Shown here one piece after another: positions 38,001 to 51,374 of a DNA stretch of 60,000 bases. Under the pieces are notes generated by a model. That model had not been told where the DNA came from, did not search any database, and saw only the letters and a list, made by a program, of their open reading frames with translations. The stretch comes from Laetmonice hystrix (lineage: Eukaryota), in NCBI GenBank assembly GCA_965235115.1, contig OZ249436.1, forward strand, positions 5,954,001-6,014,000. Direction: 5' to 3'. Positions within the stretch are counted from its first letter, which is position 1, and each line of letters starts with the position of its first letter. Both the position numbers and the translations under genes were made by a program.

Positions 38001-40065
38001 AGCCAGGTGGCAAGTCCTAAGCCTTGAAGATTAGTCTAATACTCACACCAGAATAAGGACTCGTAAGATTGGCAGCCAACTTGTTACAGCAGCTGCCTGG
38101 GTAATCCCTGCATGTTATTTGCATGAATTTCCGACCATTGTCTTCATCGTCTCCCTCCTTGAAAACAAGGCCCTATAAATATGATCCCGAGGTAAAAAAC
38201 TAAATGGTGATATATTTCTTCTACTTAATCATGCAATCAATTGTTCTGTTATTTCTCATAATTAGCATTTACATTGTGACATGATTTGAACATTTCATGA
38301 CATGTATCCCATTAATGCGACTTTCATGGCCAAGGTAATTCATTAATTAAAGACTGATCAGAATTTATGTAGGTGCCCGTAAATGAAACCAGATTACATG
38401 TTTCAGACTGAAGGCTCATTCAATTATTCATAAATTTAATTTGTATTATAATTATGATAAAGACTCGATGTGGCATGCCATTGACAAAAAGTGACAGAGT
38501 GTTTAACAAGGGACGGAAGGCTGTTGATTCATACGCCGGTCGAATCGACGCCCGGTTATATGTTTGTGCTGGCTGTGGACGACTCCCAGACTTGTGTCAG
38601 ACACCCCTCTACCCTGGAGAAATCCCACGACGTCAAATGGAACCAGGTGCTGCGTTATCCCTAAACAAACGCCACGGGCTATACACAACAGTAACCTTAA
38701 GACAATGACAATGCATATATTTCATGCGCGTAAAAATGTCCCATGTTTTAAGTGGATGTGGAAGGCAAGCGCCGGCTGCAATGGATGGCTATGTCATTGG
38801 CTGGATGGTAAGGGTGCAGAATGATAGATCAGCCGCTGGTAACGCTGCGGCAAATGGCTAAATGAGTGCATGGCGGCCGTGATGGATGACAGGCGTGCTG
38901 ACAGACTGACAGAACCTCAGATGGATGGCTTGCACAATTGTGGGGTGTGGACTCGGGGACAAATTGACGAATGTGTTTGGACGGTTGTTTTCAATGTTGT
39001 CTGGTGGAATGAAGGCAGGTTTCCCTGGACTAGTGTCAACAGCCCTAGGGGTAACCGTCTGCCATTACTTATATGTAAGTAATCGATCAAAGAGCTGCGC
39101 CGTAATGTAATATAGCAACCGTAATGCAACCAGATATAACAATGGGCTATTTTATTTACGTGTCAAAAAGGAGCATTGGGTAATGTTCAGGCATCGCCTG
39201 ATAACGTACAATTAATATGGCATCAACCAGGACTCCGCTTACATAAATTAATGTAATTATTACGTTTCCCCGGCAATGGAAATTCCTTCCATCTTACACC
39301 TTTTGACCTCTACCATGCAAAGACTAAAATCGACTAAATAAATTCCTAAATTGAGCTATAATTCGCAGGCTGTTCTTGTCTGACTGGGGGCTGAGGTACG
39401 TCCAACAACCACTACTATCAGACATATTCAGGAGTTTAATCGTAATGCGACCTCATACGACCTTTTTATGACCTTGGCAATTATATTCATCTATGTTTTG
39501 AAGTTAGTGGATGGCGGCAGAAAAACTCTTAGGTGTAAGAAAGTTAAATTTGTAAAAAAAAGTGTTATAGATGTTTGTTCGGTTGAGATATTTTTATTTT
39601 TAGCCGTACTTAACCTTTGACCTTGGTACTGTTCCAATATAGGCTACTAGAAGTCATCCATGTTGCGCTAAGGTTCCAGTGCTGGGATTATTAATGTATA
39701 TACATGGTATATACTGGCAGGAATCAGAAGATAACTCTCCCTGACTACAACAATACGTCCGACACGTAATAGGCCTATTGAAAATTTAATACAATTTTAC
39801 ATCTGTCACCTACAATGATTGATTGCTAGTCGTAACAAGAGCCAAGCTAATAAATTTTGAAACAGGAGCATAAGGTATTTTGACTTGAGTACACTGCCAA
39901 AGTGTGGTGCCCGGAGAGTCAGTAGATCACCCGTACAGCTTGAGGCTCTTCCTTAACTCGATCTTGTTGGATGTTTCCCAAGTCACCCAGTCCCGAAATA
40001 ACGGTTTCGTGATCATGTAGTCAGACTATGGTAGGATCTAGATTAGTGGAGATGTTTTACAGGCT

Positions 40066-43000
40066 TGTGAGTGAGCCAGGTGGTGGATGTGTCCTCACTG
40101 TGTGAGTGAGCCTGATGGTGGATGTGTCCTCACTGTGTGAGTGAGCCTGATGGTGGATGTCGCCTGTGTCCTCAGTGTGTGGGTGAGCCTGATGGTGGAT
40201 GTCGCCTGTGTCCTCAGTGTGTGGGTGAGCCTGATGGTGGATGTCACCGTGTCCTCAGTGTGTGAGTGAGCCTGATGGTGGATGTCGCCTGTGTCCTCAG
40301 TGTGTGAGTGAGCCTGATGGTGGATGTCACCGTGTCCTCACTGTGTGAGTGAGCCTGGTGGTGGATGTCACCGTGTCCTCAGTGTGTGAGTGAGCCTGAT
40401 GGTGGATGTCGCCTGTGTCCTCAGTGTGTGAGTGAGCCTGATGGTGGATGTCGCCTGTGTCCTCAGTGTGTGAGTGAGCCTGATGGTGGATGTCGCCTGT
40501 GTCCTCAGTGCGTCAGTGAGCCTGATGGTGGATGTCGCCTGTGTCCTCAGTGTGTGAGTGAGCCTGATGGTGGATGTCGCCTGTGTCCTCAGTGTGTGAG
40601 TGAGCCTGATGGTGGATGTCACCGTGTCCTCAGTGCGTGAGTGAGCCTGATGGTGGATGTCGCCTGTGTCCTCAGTGTGTGAGTGAGCCTGATGGTGGAT
40701 GTCACCGTGTCCTCACTGTGTGAGTGAGCCTGGTGGTGGATGTCACCGTGTCCTCACTGTGTGGGTGAGCCTGATGGTGGATGTCACCGTGTCCTCAGTG
40801 TGTGAGTGAGCCTGATGGTGGATGTCACCTGTGTCCTCAGTGTGTGAGTGAGCCTGATGGTGGATGTCACCGTGTCCTCACTGTGTGAGTGAGCCCGATG
40901 GTGGATGTCACCGTGTCCTCAGTGTGTGAGTGAGCCTGATGGTGGATGTCACCGTGTCCTCACTGTGTGAGTGAGCCTGATGGTGGATGTCACCGTGTCC
41001 TCAGTGTGTGAGTGAGCCTGGTGGTGGATGTCACCGTGTCCTCAATGTGTGAGTGAGCCCGATGGTGGATGTCACCGTGTCCTCAGTGTGTGAGTGAGCC
41101 TGATGGTGGATGTCGCCTGTGTCCCCAGTGTGTGAGTGAGCCCGATGGTAGATGTCACCGTGTCCTCAGTGTGTGAGTGAGCCTGGTGGTAGATGTCACC
41201 GTGTCCTCACTGTGTGAGTGAGCCTGATGGTGGATGTCACCGTGTCCTCAGTGTGTGAGTGAGCCTGATGGTGGATGTCACCGTGTCCTCAGTGTGTGAG
41301 TGAGCCTGATGGTGGATGTCACCGTGTCCTCAGTGTGTGAGTGAGCCTGATGGTGGATGTCACCGTGTCCTCACTGTGTGAGTGAGCCTGATGGTGGATG
41401 TGTCCTCAGTGTGTGAGTGAGCCTGATGGTGGATGTCACCGTGTCCTCAGTGTGTGAGTGAGCCTGATGGTGGATGTCACCGTGTCCTCAGTGTGTGAGT
41501 GAGCCTGATGGTGGATGTCACCGTGTCCTCAGTGTGTGAGTGAGCCTGATGGTGGATGTCACCGTGTCCTCAGTGTGTGAGTGAGTCAGATGGTGGATGT
41601 GTCCTCACTGTGTGAGTGAGCCCGATGGTGGATGTCACCGTGTCCTCAGTGTGTGAGTGAGCCCGATGGTGGATGTCACCGTGTCCTCAGTGTGTGAGTG
41701 AGTCAGATGGTGGATGTGTCCTCACTGTGTGAGTGAGCCCGATGGTGGATGTCACCGTGTCCTCACTGTGTGAGTGAGCCCGATGGTGGATGTCACCGTG
41801 TCCTCAGTGTGTGAGTGAACCTGATGGTGGATGTCACCGTGTCCTCACTGTGTGAGTGAGCCTGATGGTGGATGTCGCCTGTGTCCTCAGTGTGTGAGTG
41901 AACCTGATGGTGGATGTCGCCTGTGTCCTCAGTGTGTGAGTGAGCCTGATGGTGGATGTCACCGTGTCCTCACTGTGTGAGTGAGCCCGATGGTGGATGT
42001 CACCGTGTCCTCAGTGTGTGAGTGAGCCCGATGGTGGATGTCACCGTGTCCTCACTGTGTGAGTGAACCCGATGGTGGATGTCACCGTGTCCTCAGTGTG
42101 TGAGTGAGCCCGATGGTGGATGTCACCGTGTCCTCAGTGTGTGAGTGAGCCCGATGGTGGATGTCACCGTGTCCTCAGTGTGTGAGTGAGCCCGATGGTG
42201 GATGTCACCGTGTCCTCACTGTGTGAGTGAGCCTGATGGTGGATGTCGCCTGTGTCCTCAGTGTGTGAGTGAGACTGATGGTGGATGTCGCCTGTGTCCT
42301 CAGTGTGTGAGTGAGCCCGATGGTGGATGTCACCGTGTCCCCAGTGTGTGAGTGAACCCGATGGTGGATGTCACCGTGTCCTCAGTGTGTGAGTGAGCCA
42401 GATGGTGGATGTCGTCTGTGTCCTCAGTGTGTGAGTGAGCCTGATGGTGGACGTGTCCTCCGTGTGTGAGTGAACCTGATGGTGGATGTCGCCTGTGTCC
42501 TCAGTGTGTGAGTGAGCCTGATGGTGGATGTCACCGTGTCCTCACTGTGTGAGTGAACCTGATGGTGGATGTCGCCTGTGTCCTCAGTGTGTGAGTGAGA
42601 CTGATGGTGGATGTCGCCTGTGTCCTCAGTGTGTGAGTGAGCCTGATGGTGGATGTCACCGTGTCCTCAGTGTGTGAGTGAGCCTGATGGTGGATGTCAC
42701 CGTGTCCTCAGTGTGTGAGTGAGCCTGATGGTGGATGTCACCGTGTCCTCAGTGTGTGAGTGAGCCTGATGGTGGATGTCGCCTGTGTCCTCAGTGTGTG
42801 AGTGAGCCTGATGGTGGATGTCGCCTGTGTCCTCAGTGTGTGAGTGAGCCTGATGGTGGGCGTGTCCTCAGTGTGTGAGTGAGCCTGATGGTGGATGTGT
42901 CCTCAGTGTGTGAGTGAGCCTGATGGTGGGCGTGTCCTCAGTGTGTGAGTGAGCCTGATGGTGGATGTGTCCTCACTGTGTGAGTGAGCCTGATGGTGGA

Positions 43001-43899
43001 TGTCGCCTGTGTCCTCAGTGTGTGAGTGAGCCTGATGGTGGATGTGTCCTCAGTGTGTGAGTGAGCCTGATGGTGGATGTCGCCGTGTCCTCAGTGTGTG
43101 AGTGAGCCTGATGGTGGATGTGTCCTCAGTGTGTGAGTGAGCCTGATGGTGGATGTCGCCTGTGTCCTCAGTGTGTGAGTGAGCCTGATGGTAGATGTCA
43201 CCGTGTCCTCACTGTGTGAGTGAGCCCGATGGTGGATGTCACCGTGTCCTCACTGTGTGAGTGAGCCCGATGGTGGATGTCACCGTGTCCTCACTGTGTG
43301 AGTGAGCCTGATGGTGGATGTCGCCTGTGTCCTCAGTGTGTGAGTGAGACTGATGGTGGATGTCGCCTGTGTCCTCAGTGTGTGAGTGAGCCTGGTGGTG
43401 GATGTCGCCTGTGTCCTCAGTGTGTGAGTGAGACTGATGGTGGATGTCGCCTGTGTCCTCAGTGTGTGAGTGAGCCTGATGGTGGATGTCGCCTGTGTCC
43501 TCAGTGTGTGAGTGAGCCTGATGGTGGATGTGTCCTCAGTGTGTGAGTGAGACTGATGGTGGATGTCGCCTGTGTCCTCAGTGTGTGAGTGAGACTGATG
43601 GTGGATGTCGCCTGTGTCCTCAGTGTGTGAGTGAGCCTGATGGTGGATGTCGCCTGTGTCCTCAGTGTGTGAGTGAGACTGATGGTGGATGTCGCCTGTG
43701 TCCTCAGTGTGTGAGTGAGACTGATGGTGGATGTCGCCTGTGTCCTCAGTGTGTGAGTGAGCCTGATGGTGGATGTCGCCTGTGTCCTCAGTGTGTGAGT
43801 GAGACTGATGGTGGATGTCGCCTGTGTCCTCAGTGTGTGAGTGAGCCTGATGGTGGATGTGTCCTCAGTGTGTGAGTGAGCCTGATGGTGGATGTCGCC
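40066..43899. repeat. Large minisatellite, 42/41/35-bp unit variants, ~95 copies
   Basis: Unit GTGTGTGAGTGAGCCTGATGGTGGATGT(CGCCT|CACC|deleted)GTGTCCTCA. Confidence 0.98.
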
Positions 43900-44087
43900 C
43901 GGCCTGCTGTTGTAGACCCCCCCCCCCCCCACTTCCCACGGATCATGTTGTGTTTGCCCACTGGGAAATCATTGGATGTACATAACAACAACCCGGAAAA
44001 AACTAACAGAACATTAAAGGATCATCAGTCACCACTGGGACTCGACACAGTCAGATGATATTGAAATGAGCACGGCATTGTATTTTA

Positions 44088-45542
44088 CGGGCAGTGAGAT
44101 GGGGGGGGGGGGGGGGTTGAGATCGAATTAGACATGGGGCAGTGAGATGGGGGGGGGGGGTCGAATTAGACATGGGGCAGTGAGATGGGGGGGGGGTCGA
44201 ATTAAACATGGGGCAGTGAGGTGGGGAGGGCGGGGTGAGGTAGAGTTTAGACATGGGGCAGTGAGGTGGGGGCGGGGTGAGGTAGAGTTTAGACATGGGG
44301 CAGTGAGGTGGGGGCGGGGTGAGGTAGAGTTTAGACATGGGGCAGTGAGGTGGGGGGGGGGGGGGTGAGGTAGAGTTTAGACATGGGGCAGTGAGGTGGG
44401 GGCGGGGTGAGGTAGAGTTTAGACATGGGGCAGTGAGGTGGGGGGCGGGGTGAGGTAGAGTTTAGACATGGGGCAGTGAGGTGGGGGCGGGGTGAGGTAG
44501 AGTTTAGACATGGGGCAGTGAGGTGGGGGGCGGGGTGAGGTAGAGTTTAGACATGGGGCAGTGAGGTGGGGGCGGGGTGAGGTAGAGTTTAGACATGGGG
44601 CAGTGAGGTGGGGGGCGGGGTGAGGTAGAGTTTAGACATGGGGCAGTGAGGTGGGGAGGGCGGGGTGAGGTAGAGTTTAGACATGGGGCAGTGAGGTGGG
44701 TGGGGGGGTGAGGTAGAATTTAGACATGGGGCAGTGAGGTGGGGAGGGCGGGGTGAGGTAGAGTTTAGACATGGGGCAGTGAGGTGGGGGGCGGGGGGGG
44801 GGTGAGGTAGAATTTAGACATGGGGCAGTGGGGGGGGGGGGGGCGGGGTGAGGTAGAATTTAGACATGGGGCAGTGGGGGGGGGGGTGAGGTAGAATTTA
44901 GACATGGGGCAGTGAGGTGGGGGGGGGGGGCGGGGTGAGGTAGAATTTAGACATGGGGCAGTGAGGTGGGGGGCGGGGTGAGGTAGAATTTAGACATGGG
45001 GCAGTGAGGTGGGGAGGGCGGGGTGAGGCAGAATTTAGACATGGGGCAGTGAGGTGGGGGGGGGGGGGCGGGGTGAGGTAGAATTTAGACATGGGGCAGT
45101 GAGGTGGGGGGCGGGGTGAGGTAGAATTTAGACATGGGGCAGTGAGGTGGGGGGCGGGGTGAGGTAGAATTTAGACATGGGGCAGTGAGGTGGGGAGGGC
45201 GGGGTGAGGCAGAATTTAGACATGGGGCAGTGAGGTGGGGGGGGGGGGGCGGGGTGAGGTAGAATTTAGACATGGGACAGTGAGGTGGGGGGCGGGGTGA
45301 GGTAGAGTTTAGACATGGGGCAGTGAGGTGGGGGCGGGGTGAGGTAGAGTTTAGACATGGGGCAGTGAGGTGGGGGTGGGGCGGGGTGAGGTAGAGTTTA
45401 GACATGGGGCAGTGAGATGGGGGGCGGGGTGAGGTAGAGTTTAGACATGGGGCAGTGAGGTGGGGGGCGGGGTGAGGTAGAGTTTAGACATGGGGCAGTG
45501 AGATGGGGAGGGCGGGGTGAGGTAGAATTTAGACATGAGGCA
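44088..45542. repeat. G-rich minisatellite, ~42-50-bp unit, ~33 copies; G-quadruplex-prone
   Basis: Unit GGGGTGAGGTAGARTTTAGACATGGGGCAGTGAGGT(G)nC with variable G-runs. Confidence 0.97.
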
Positions 45543-48500
45543 GGTGCACGGTAATAAGTGGGTGAAGCCACCCTGGTTGCACATATCTTTATATCAGAAT
45601 GACAAGATCGCTAGCAATAAATAAAGTGGGATATCATAATGGGTGAATCTCTAAAGACATTAATCAGGCCGTCCTATATGGAGATGCTATCAGGTATGGC
45701 AGCACGAAGGACCCCTTATGGTGGCACCCGCGCCACACTCACTGAAACACACGATAAATCTTACAAATTTATCTCCGGTCTTTCTACTTTGTCGCATTTT
45801 CCAAGAAGCTACAGTCCGTTTTGGTTGGCAGGAGGATGGAGAAGAACGGGGGAGGAATTACAATAAATCTAATCAAAGCTTTGGGGGTGTTGATCACTGT
45901 GGCCAGCATTACGTGGGGTAGTACGTCTTCTTTATGGAGCGGCCGTGACAGGTCCTCTGTGTGTTCACTGGAGCCCGGTGGAGCGGGGCAGGTGGAGATA
46001 GAGACCCGAGCCGGTCACCCCCACCCCCACCCGCACCCCCACCCTCCACCCCCAGACTCCCCGTACCCTACCGGCGACCTGCCCGCACAATGCTCTCGAC
46101 GCACACATGCAAATCGTGCATTTATGCCATATCTTTCCTGTACATTTCACAGACGGGTCAGAGGTCAAACCGTCAGTGATGAATTACTGGATCCCTGATG
46201 ATGCACATTAATGCAATTACGAATGACAATAACGGATTATACGGCCTGACCCCGCAACAAAGACTGGGCATATGTCTGTATGCAAATCGTCAGGCATGGC
46301 CACACTATCAGCAAGTTGGTAGTGTTTATGGGCTTCAGTTGGGACCTGGCCTAGAGTGTGGCCCTTCGGTCATATATCTTGGGAAGGCCAGGACCCACGA
46401 GGACAGCGAAGTGAATGAAAGCTTGGTGGCAACAGCACAGCAATCTTTCTTCTGGCCCTGGTGCCGTGACACCTGAGGGGAGCATCAATTGTAGGGTTGC
46501 ATTATGAATGGGACATTTTGACACGACCCCAATGATCGATAGGCTCCAGCAACAGCTTTATGACAAAATATATTTATGTGCGTGGATGATCAGTGTTTTT
46601 ATGCGGTGCCACTGGCCCGCGTGCCATCCTCCAACAGATATGGAATTTTTTAATGCTGATTTACACTCTGTGCCATTCCAGCAACCGACTCCATGAAATA
46701 TGGATTCATTGGTCTGTGGAGAAATTTAATTTTTCACGGCTCCGTCAAGCGCGAGTTTCTATTGGAGTGAAACGTCAAAGAGGGGAATGCGGCGTGATGA
46801 GTGGCCGGCCACTCTGGAAGCGGCAGAACCTCTGTGGCCAATTACCACCGAGATATTGCATTCATTTGTCACAAGCATGGCCACAATTGGATTTGGGCGA
46901 TAATAAGGGTTGGTGCTGGACATTGTCGCCGGGCGTCCCCTCCCATGGACCTCGGGGGCCACGACCAGAACCGGCGCGTGACCCCATTCGGTACCTTCGG
47001 GGACCAGAAGTCACGCCTGTCATGCCCTATACAACATTATCCCCGCCACACTGCAACAGTTGACCTTCATTTTACTTCGCAGGTCGCCGGAGGTCACTGC
47101 CCCTACACGTACATATTCCTTGCTTTGAAGACAGCAGAGTTCAGGAGTCACCATCCAAGGGACGGGCGTCTGTCAGTTGGAGGTAACTGGGTGTCTGATC
47201 AGCGGGCCACAAACATCAGCAGCAGTCGCCGAGGAGGCAACCGAATCGCACCCTTGTCGCAGATCAGATGGTTCTGCTGCAGAGATACAGGCCATCGGGG
47301 GACACGTTGCTCCTGATCGAGCCAAGATTATGCACATGAAGGGAAGCACACAGAGGTCTGCCGGGGATTGGGAGGGCAAGGGCAGACAGCCTCCTCTGGT
47401 GAAAGATGAAAAGGCAAAGAATCAACTCTGAAGTCTGACAAAATCCTGCCACAAAGGTCATGTATCGGAGACAACAGCAAACAGCAGGCGGCTTAGATCT
47501 GAGACTAACATTCAAGGCACAACGCTCCTGAAGCAGATCATAAGTAGCTGGAGGAAGGAATCGGATTCAAAGAGGATGACACCTGAATTTGAAAAATATC
47601 TCCCACTAGACACATGAAGCTGTTTATTGTTAAGATGTAGAATGTTATCCCGTAGGGATAATTCCTGGTTCACACTAAACTCAAGGTTACAGGTGTCTGG
47701 ATTCTCCTGAATATTACACCCTTCACATATTCACCATTGTGTACATAACATTGAATACGACCAACCACCCACAATTACACTCGCCCATCAGCTATACTAA
47801 TTGACATATATACGTGTATGTCAGTAATTTACGGTGGCCAATGGCACATAAAGGCATTCAGTCGGGCGACTGAATTCACCTGTGTGTGTGTGGAGCTGTG
47901 CTGACTGAGATTTAATGTGGGTACCATCCTCACACAGGAAACATGGTTCCATTTCCCGTCAATTATTGTTACGTCCTCCTGTCCCCACACATGTCACATA
48001 AGCTTTATGCACGATGAAAGATTTAAGATCCATTTTTCGGGTAGAATACCGGGAGAGTAAATGTTTACGGGTCTTACTATGGTGCCAAGACTGACATGTG
48101 GTGTATGTGGTGTTTACCCCTCGTCAATGATATATTGATCTACTCCGTGTGAAGTTGTACTTCATCAGTTACAGACTGCTGGCCCCTGACAGTCCATGTC
48201 AATTTGTCACCACCAGAATAGACATGAGTGATGTATGGCCGAGCGCTACCACTAATGCAGCTCTCTCCCTCTCTCTCCCTCTCTCTGTCTCTCTCCGACC
48301 ACATGACAACAGTACCTAACGACACCCTCGTTAATGTATTTATGTATTGTGCACGCTGTCGTCACAATTAGCTATTCATTATACATGCTCTGGATCCTCT
48401 GAATGCGAACACTACGACACGTACATTACACAGATAAAACAATGATTACACAGATAAAACAATGATGACACATTTATAACAATCAGTCAGTCCTATACAT

Positions 48501-48678
48501 AGACAATTTCACCAAGTGAATTATGTATGGCTGCTTTCAAATCCCGCTGTATTATTAGAAATGTGTTCGTGGTGTGCGGATAAAGTCATTATTTAACATT
48601 CTTGCTTTCACTCCAAACCGAAAAAATAACTCAATAAAGCGGACGCTGTGGCATTGTCGTTTGATGTACTCAACCTAC

Positions 48679-48760
48679 AGACCTGCTACCAGTTAGACCT
48701 GCTATCAGTCAGACCTGCTACCAGTCAGACCTGCTACCAGTCAGACCTGCTACCAGTCAG
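48679..48760. repeat. 16-bp unit x ~5
   Basis: AGACCTGCTACCAGTC repeated. Confidence 0.9.
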
Positions 48761-49511
48761 TGCGGTAGTCGCTCGGTGAGACTGTCCTGTGGCAGGTGAA
48801 AGCTTGCCACTGGTCTAGTCAGTTCTCTCTTCTTCTAGGAGCTCTTGGAGCTACCAGGAATAGACTTCATGAAACTCCCTGGGGCCTGTGGTTTCAGCAG
48901 ACAGAAAACTGGTGCCATGAAGGCAGTCTTCCAAATCAGTCTCCATTGTATGAATCGAGACAGTTCATGGACAATGATGCTGATGCGTGGTTGACTAAAG
49001 ACTAAGTTTGCAGCAGTAGTTCAAGCAGAATTGGGCCCAGGAAACATTGTCTCCACATTATAACAGACCTACCAGCTCAGGTTAACCATTGTCGAGAGAA
49101 CTGGCCTTTCCAACTGGTAGAATTGAGCATGTCCAGTCCAGATTAATATTGCAGATGACATAGATTTGGCTGGAGTCCAGTAAGATACCCTGACCAGTCT
49201 CAGCAACAACTGACAGTTCATGAAGTCCCAGCGGAGGTCGGTGCCAAGGGAACTGCTGACCAAGGGCATTCTGTGCACTCTGTGACCCCAAGGGGGCTGT
49301 CCATGCTATCTCTCCCCTTCAACCTCCAACCATTCGCCCATTTCCTTTTGTTTATTGATTGTCCCACAGAGAGACTAAAGGCCAGAGAAGTGACCAATGG
49401 CGTGCAATGGGGCCTGTCTCTTCCATTGTCTACCACAGACTTACATGATCAGAGATGGATTGCATTTTAAGGGATCAGACCAGGACCGCCTTGGACCCAG
49501 ACCCTTGCGGA

Positions 49512-50073
49512 CTAGGACTGAAGGCAGACACACTGGAGGTCTAGCCAGAGAGTAGGACTGAAGGCAGGCAGGCACGCTGAGGGTCCAGCCAGAGAGTAGG
49601 ACTGAAGGCAGGCACGCTGAGGGTCCAGCCAGAGAGTAGGACTGAAGGCAGGCACGCTGAGGGTCCAGCCAGAGAGTAGGACTGAAGGCAGACACACTGG
49701 AGGTCCAACCAGAGAGTAGGACTGAAGGCAGGCACGCTGAGGGTACAACCAGAGAGTAGGACTGAAGGCAGGGACGCTGAGGGTACAACCAGAGAGTAGG
49801 ACTGAAGGCAGGCACGCTGAGGGTACAACCAGAGAGTAGGACTGCAGGCAGGCACGCTGAGGGTCCAGAGAGTAGGATTGCAGGCAGGCACGCGGAGGGT
49901 ACAACCAGAGAGTAGGACTGAAGGCAGGCACGCTGAGGGTACAACCAGAGAGTAGGACTGAAGGCAGGGACGCTGAGGGTCCAACCAGAGAGTAGGACTG
50001 CAGGCACGCGGAGGGTACAACCAGAGAGTAGGACTGAAGGCAGGCACGCTGAGGGTACAACCAGAGAGTAGGA
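49512..50073. repeat. Minisatellite, ~40-bp unit, ~14 copies
   Basis: Unit CCAGAGAGTAGGACTGAAGGCAGGCACGCTGAGGGTMCAR. Confidence 0.96.
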
Positions 50074-51090
50074 TTTCATTACAGGCATGCTGAGGGTCTA
50101 TCCAGGACACCAAGCCGAATGGTGAATTAATGTTACGTAGAGACCTTCATTCGTATTTTCAGACGATTTCTCCGGTTTCTCCATCCCAACATCATTTATC
50201 TTCGGAATTGATGTTACATCTCATCCGTTAAAGAATACGAAGAGGGAGGTTGAATGTGATAGGTGTTGATGCCCGGTCTTTAATACATGCATCGCACATT
50301 ATATTAAGCAGAAGGTGATTAGTGGTGTACGCTAATCACCCTTCGGTCCTTTGTATAAAATGACCATATATTCTCATGAGCAGATGTCATACTATAGATA
50401 ACAGTGTGAATGGAAGCTACAGCCATTTGTGTAGAGACTGAGATATATGGCTCCTTAGTGGGCTTCCTAATAAAGAGTTACTAGGGCGTCAGTTGTTTGA
50501 TGATGACAGAAATGAATCCCACCTGCTGGTGTACTCCGTAACAACGCCGACTTATGTCGTAGTGTGTGGCAGAACAACAGGGGGCGCTCTGCCGATACTC
50601 GACACCCCGCCGCGCTCACTGGTAATATGATCCAGGCACAAATAAAGCGCAACCGTAAATTGCAATAAAATGGATGGAATTTTTTGTCTTGGCGGTGGAT
50701 CCGGTATTTGTCATCATTATATATTGTTCAAGTCTTATTATGCCTAAGGTCCCAGAGAGATGTTCTAATACGGACAGGTTTTGTTGAAATAAGTCTTGGT
50801 TGAGATTACTTGAGAATGCCTCAGTACTTGTTGCCATTTTTTCCTATCGGATATTTTTATGGATATATAGCCTATACTTGCATGATGTTTTATCGTGACA
50901 GATACACTGGTTCGCATGAGCTCTCGATCGTCGGCATTTTAAAACGTTTTTCAGTGCCTCTCATTTAACAAAGATTTATTCTTGTAGACCGTATAATCTA
51001 GTGGTAAGACAGTTATAGTTGGCTGGAAATATTTATTGATTTAAATTATTTGACAAGAAACTGTTTCATTTGTAGACGGTCTCTACTGTC

Positions 51091-51374
51091 TTGATCTGTT
51101 CTCAGCCCATATTTTACCCTGTCCACTCCTGTCCTATTGATCTGTTCTCAGCCCATATTTTACCCTATCCACTCCTGTCCTATTGATATGTTCTCAGCCC
51201 ATATTTTAGCCTGTCCACTCCTGTCCTATTGATATGTTCTCAGTCCATATTTTACCCTATCCACTCCTGTCCTATTGATCTGTTCTCAGCCCATATTTTA
51301 GCCTCTCCACTCCTGTCCTATTGATATGTTCTCAGTCCATATTTTACCCTATCCACCCCTGTCCTATTGATATG
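51091..51374. repeat. Minisatellite, 46-bp unit, ~6 copies
   Basis: Unit TTGATMTGTTCTCAGYCCATATTTTACCCTRTCCACTCCTGTCCTA. Confidence 0.96.

Noticed and set aside
268..38195. Shared 13-mer TGATCCCGAGGTA at ~268 and ~38183
   Set aside because: Flanks are unrelated, and a 13-mer match within 60 kb is expected by chance.
40365..43875. Metallothionein-like CxxC repeat peptide (CPQCVSEPDGGCRL)n
   Set aside because: The frame is repeatedly broken by interspersed 41- and 35-bp units, so there is no selection for coding.
44125..44190. AGACATGGGGCAGTGAGATG resembles miR-71
   Set aside because: The seed region differs, it is part of a tandem unit, and there is no hairpin.
49141..49215. NIADDIDLAG resembles the LINE reverse-transcriptase FADD motif
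   Set aside because: Stops follow immediately and the upstream QG-x-x-LSP motif is not detectable; at most an unrecognisably decayed fragment.
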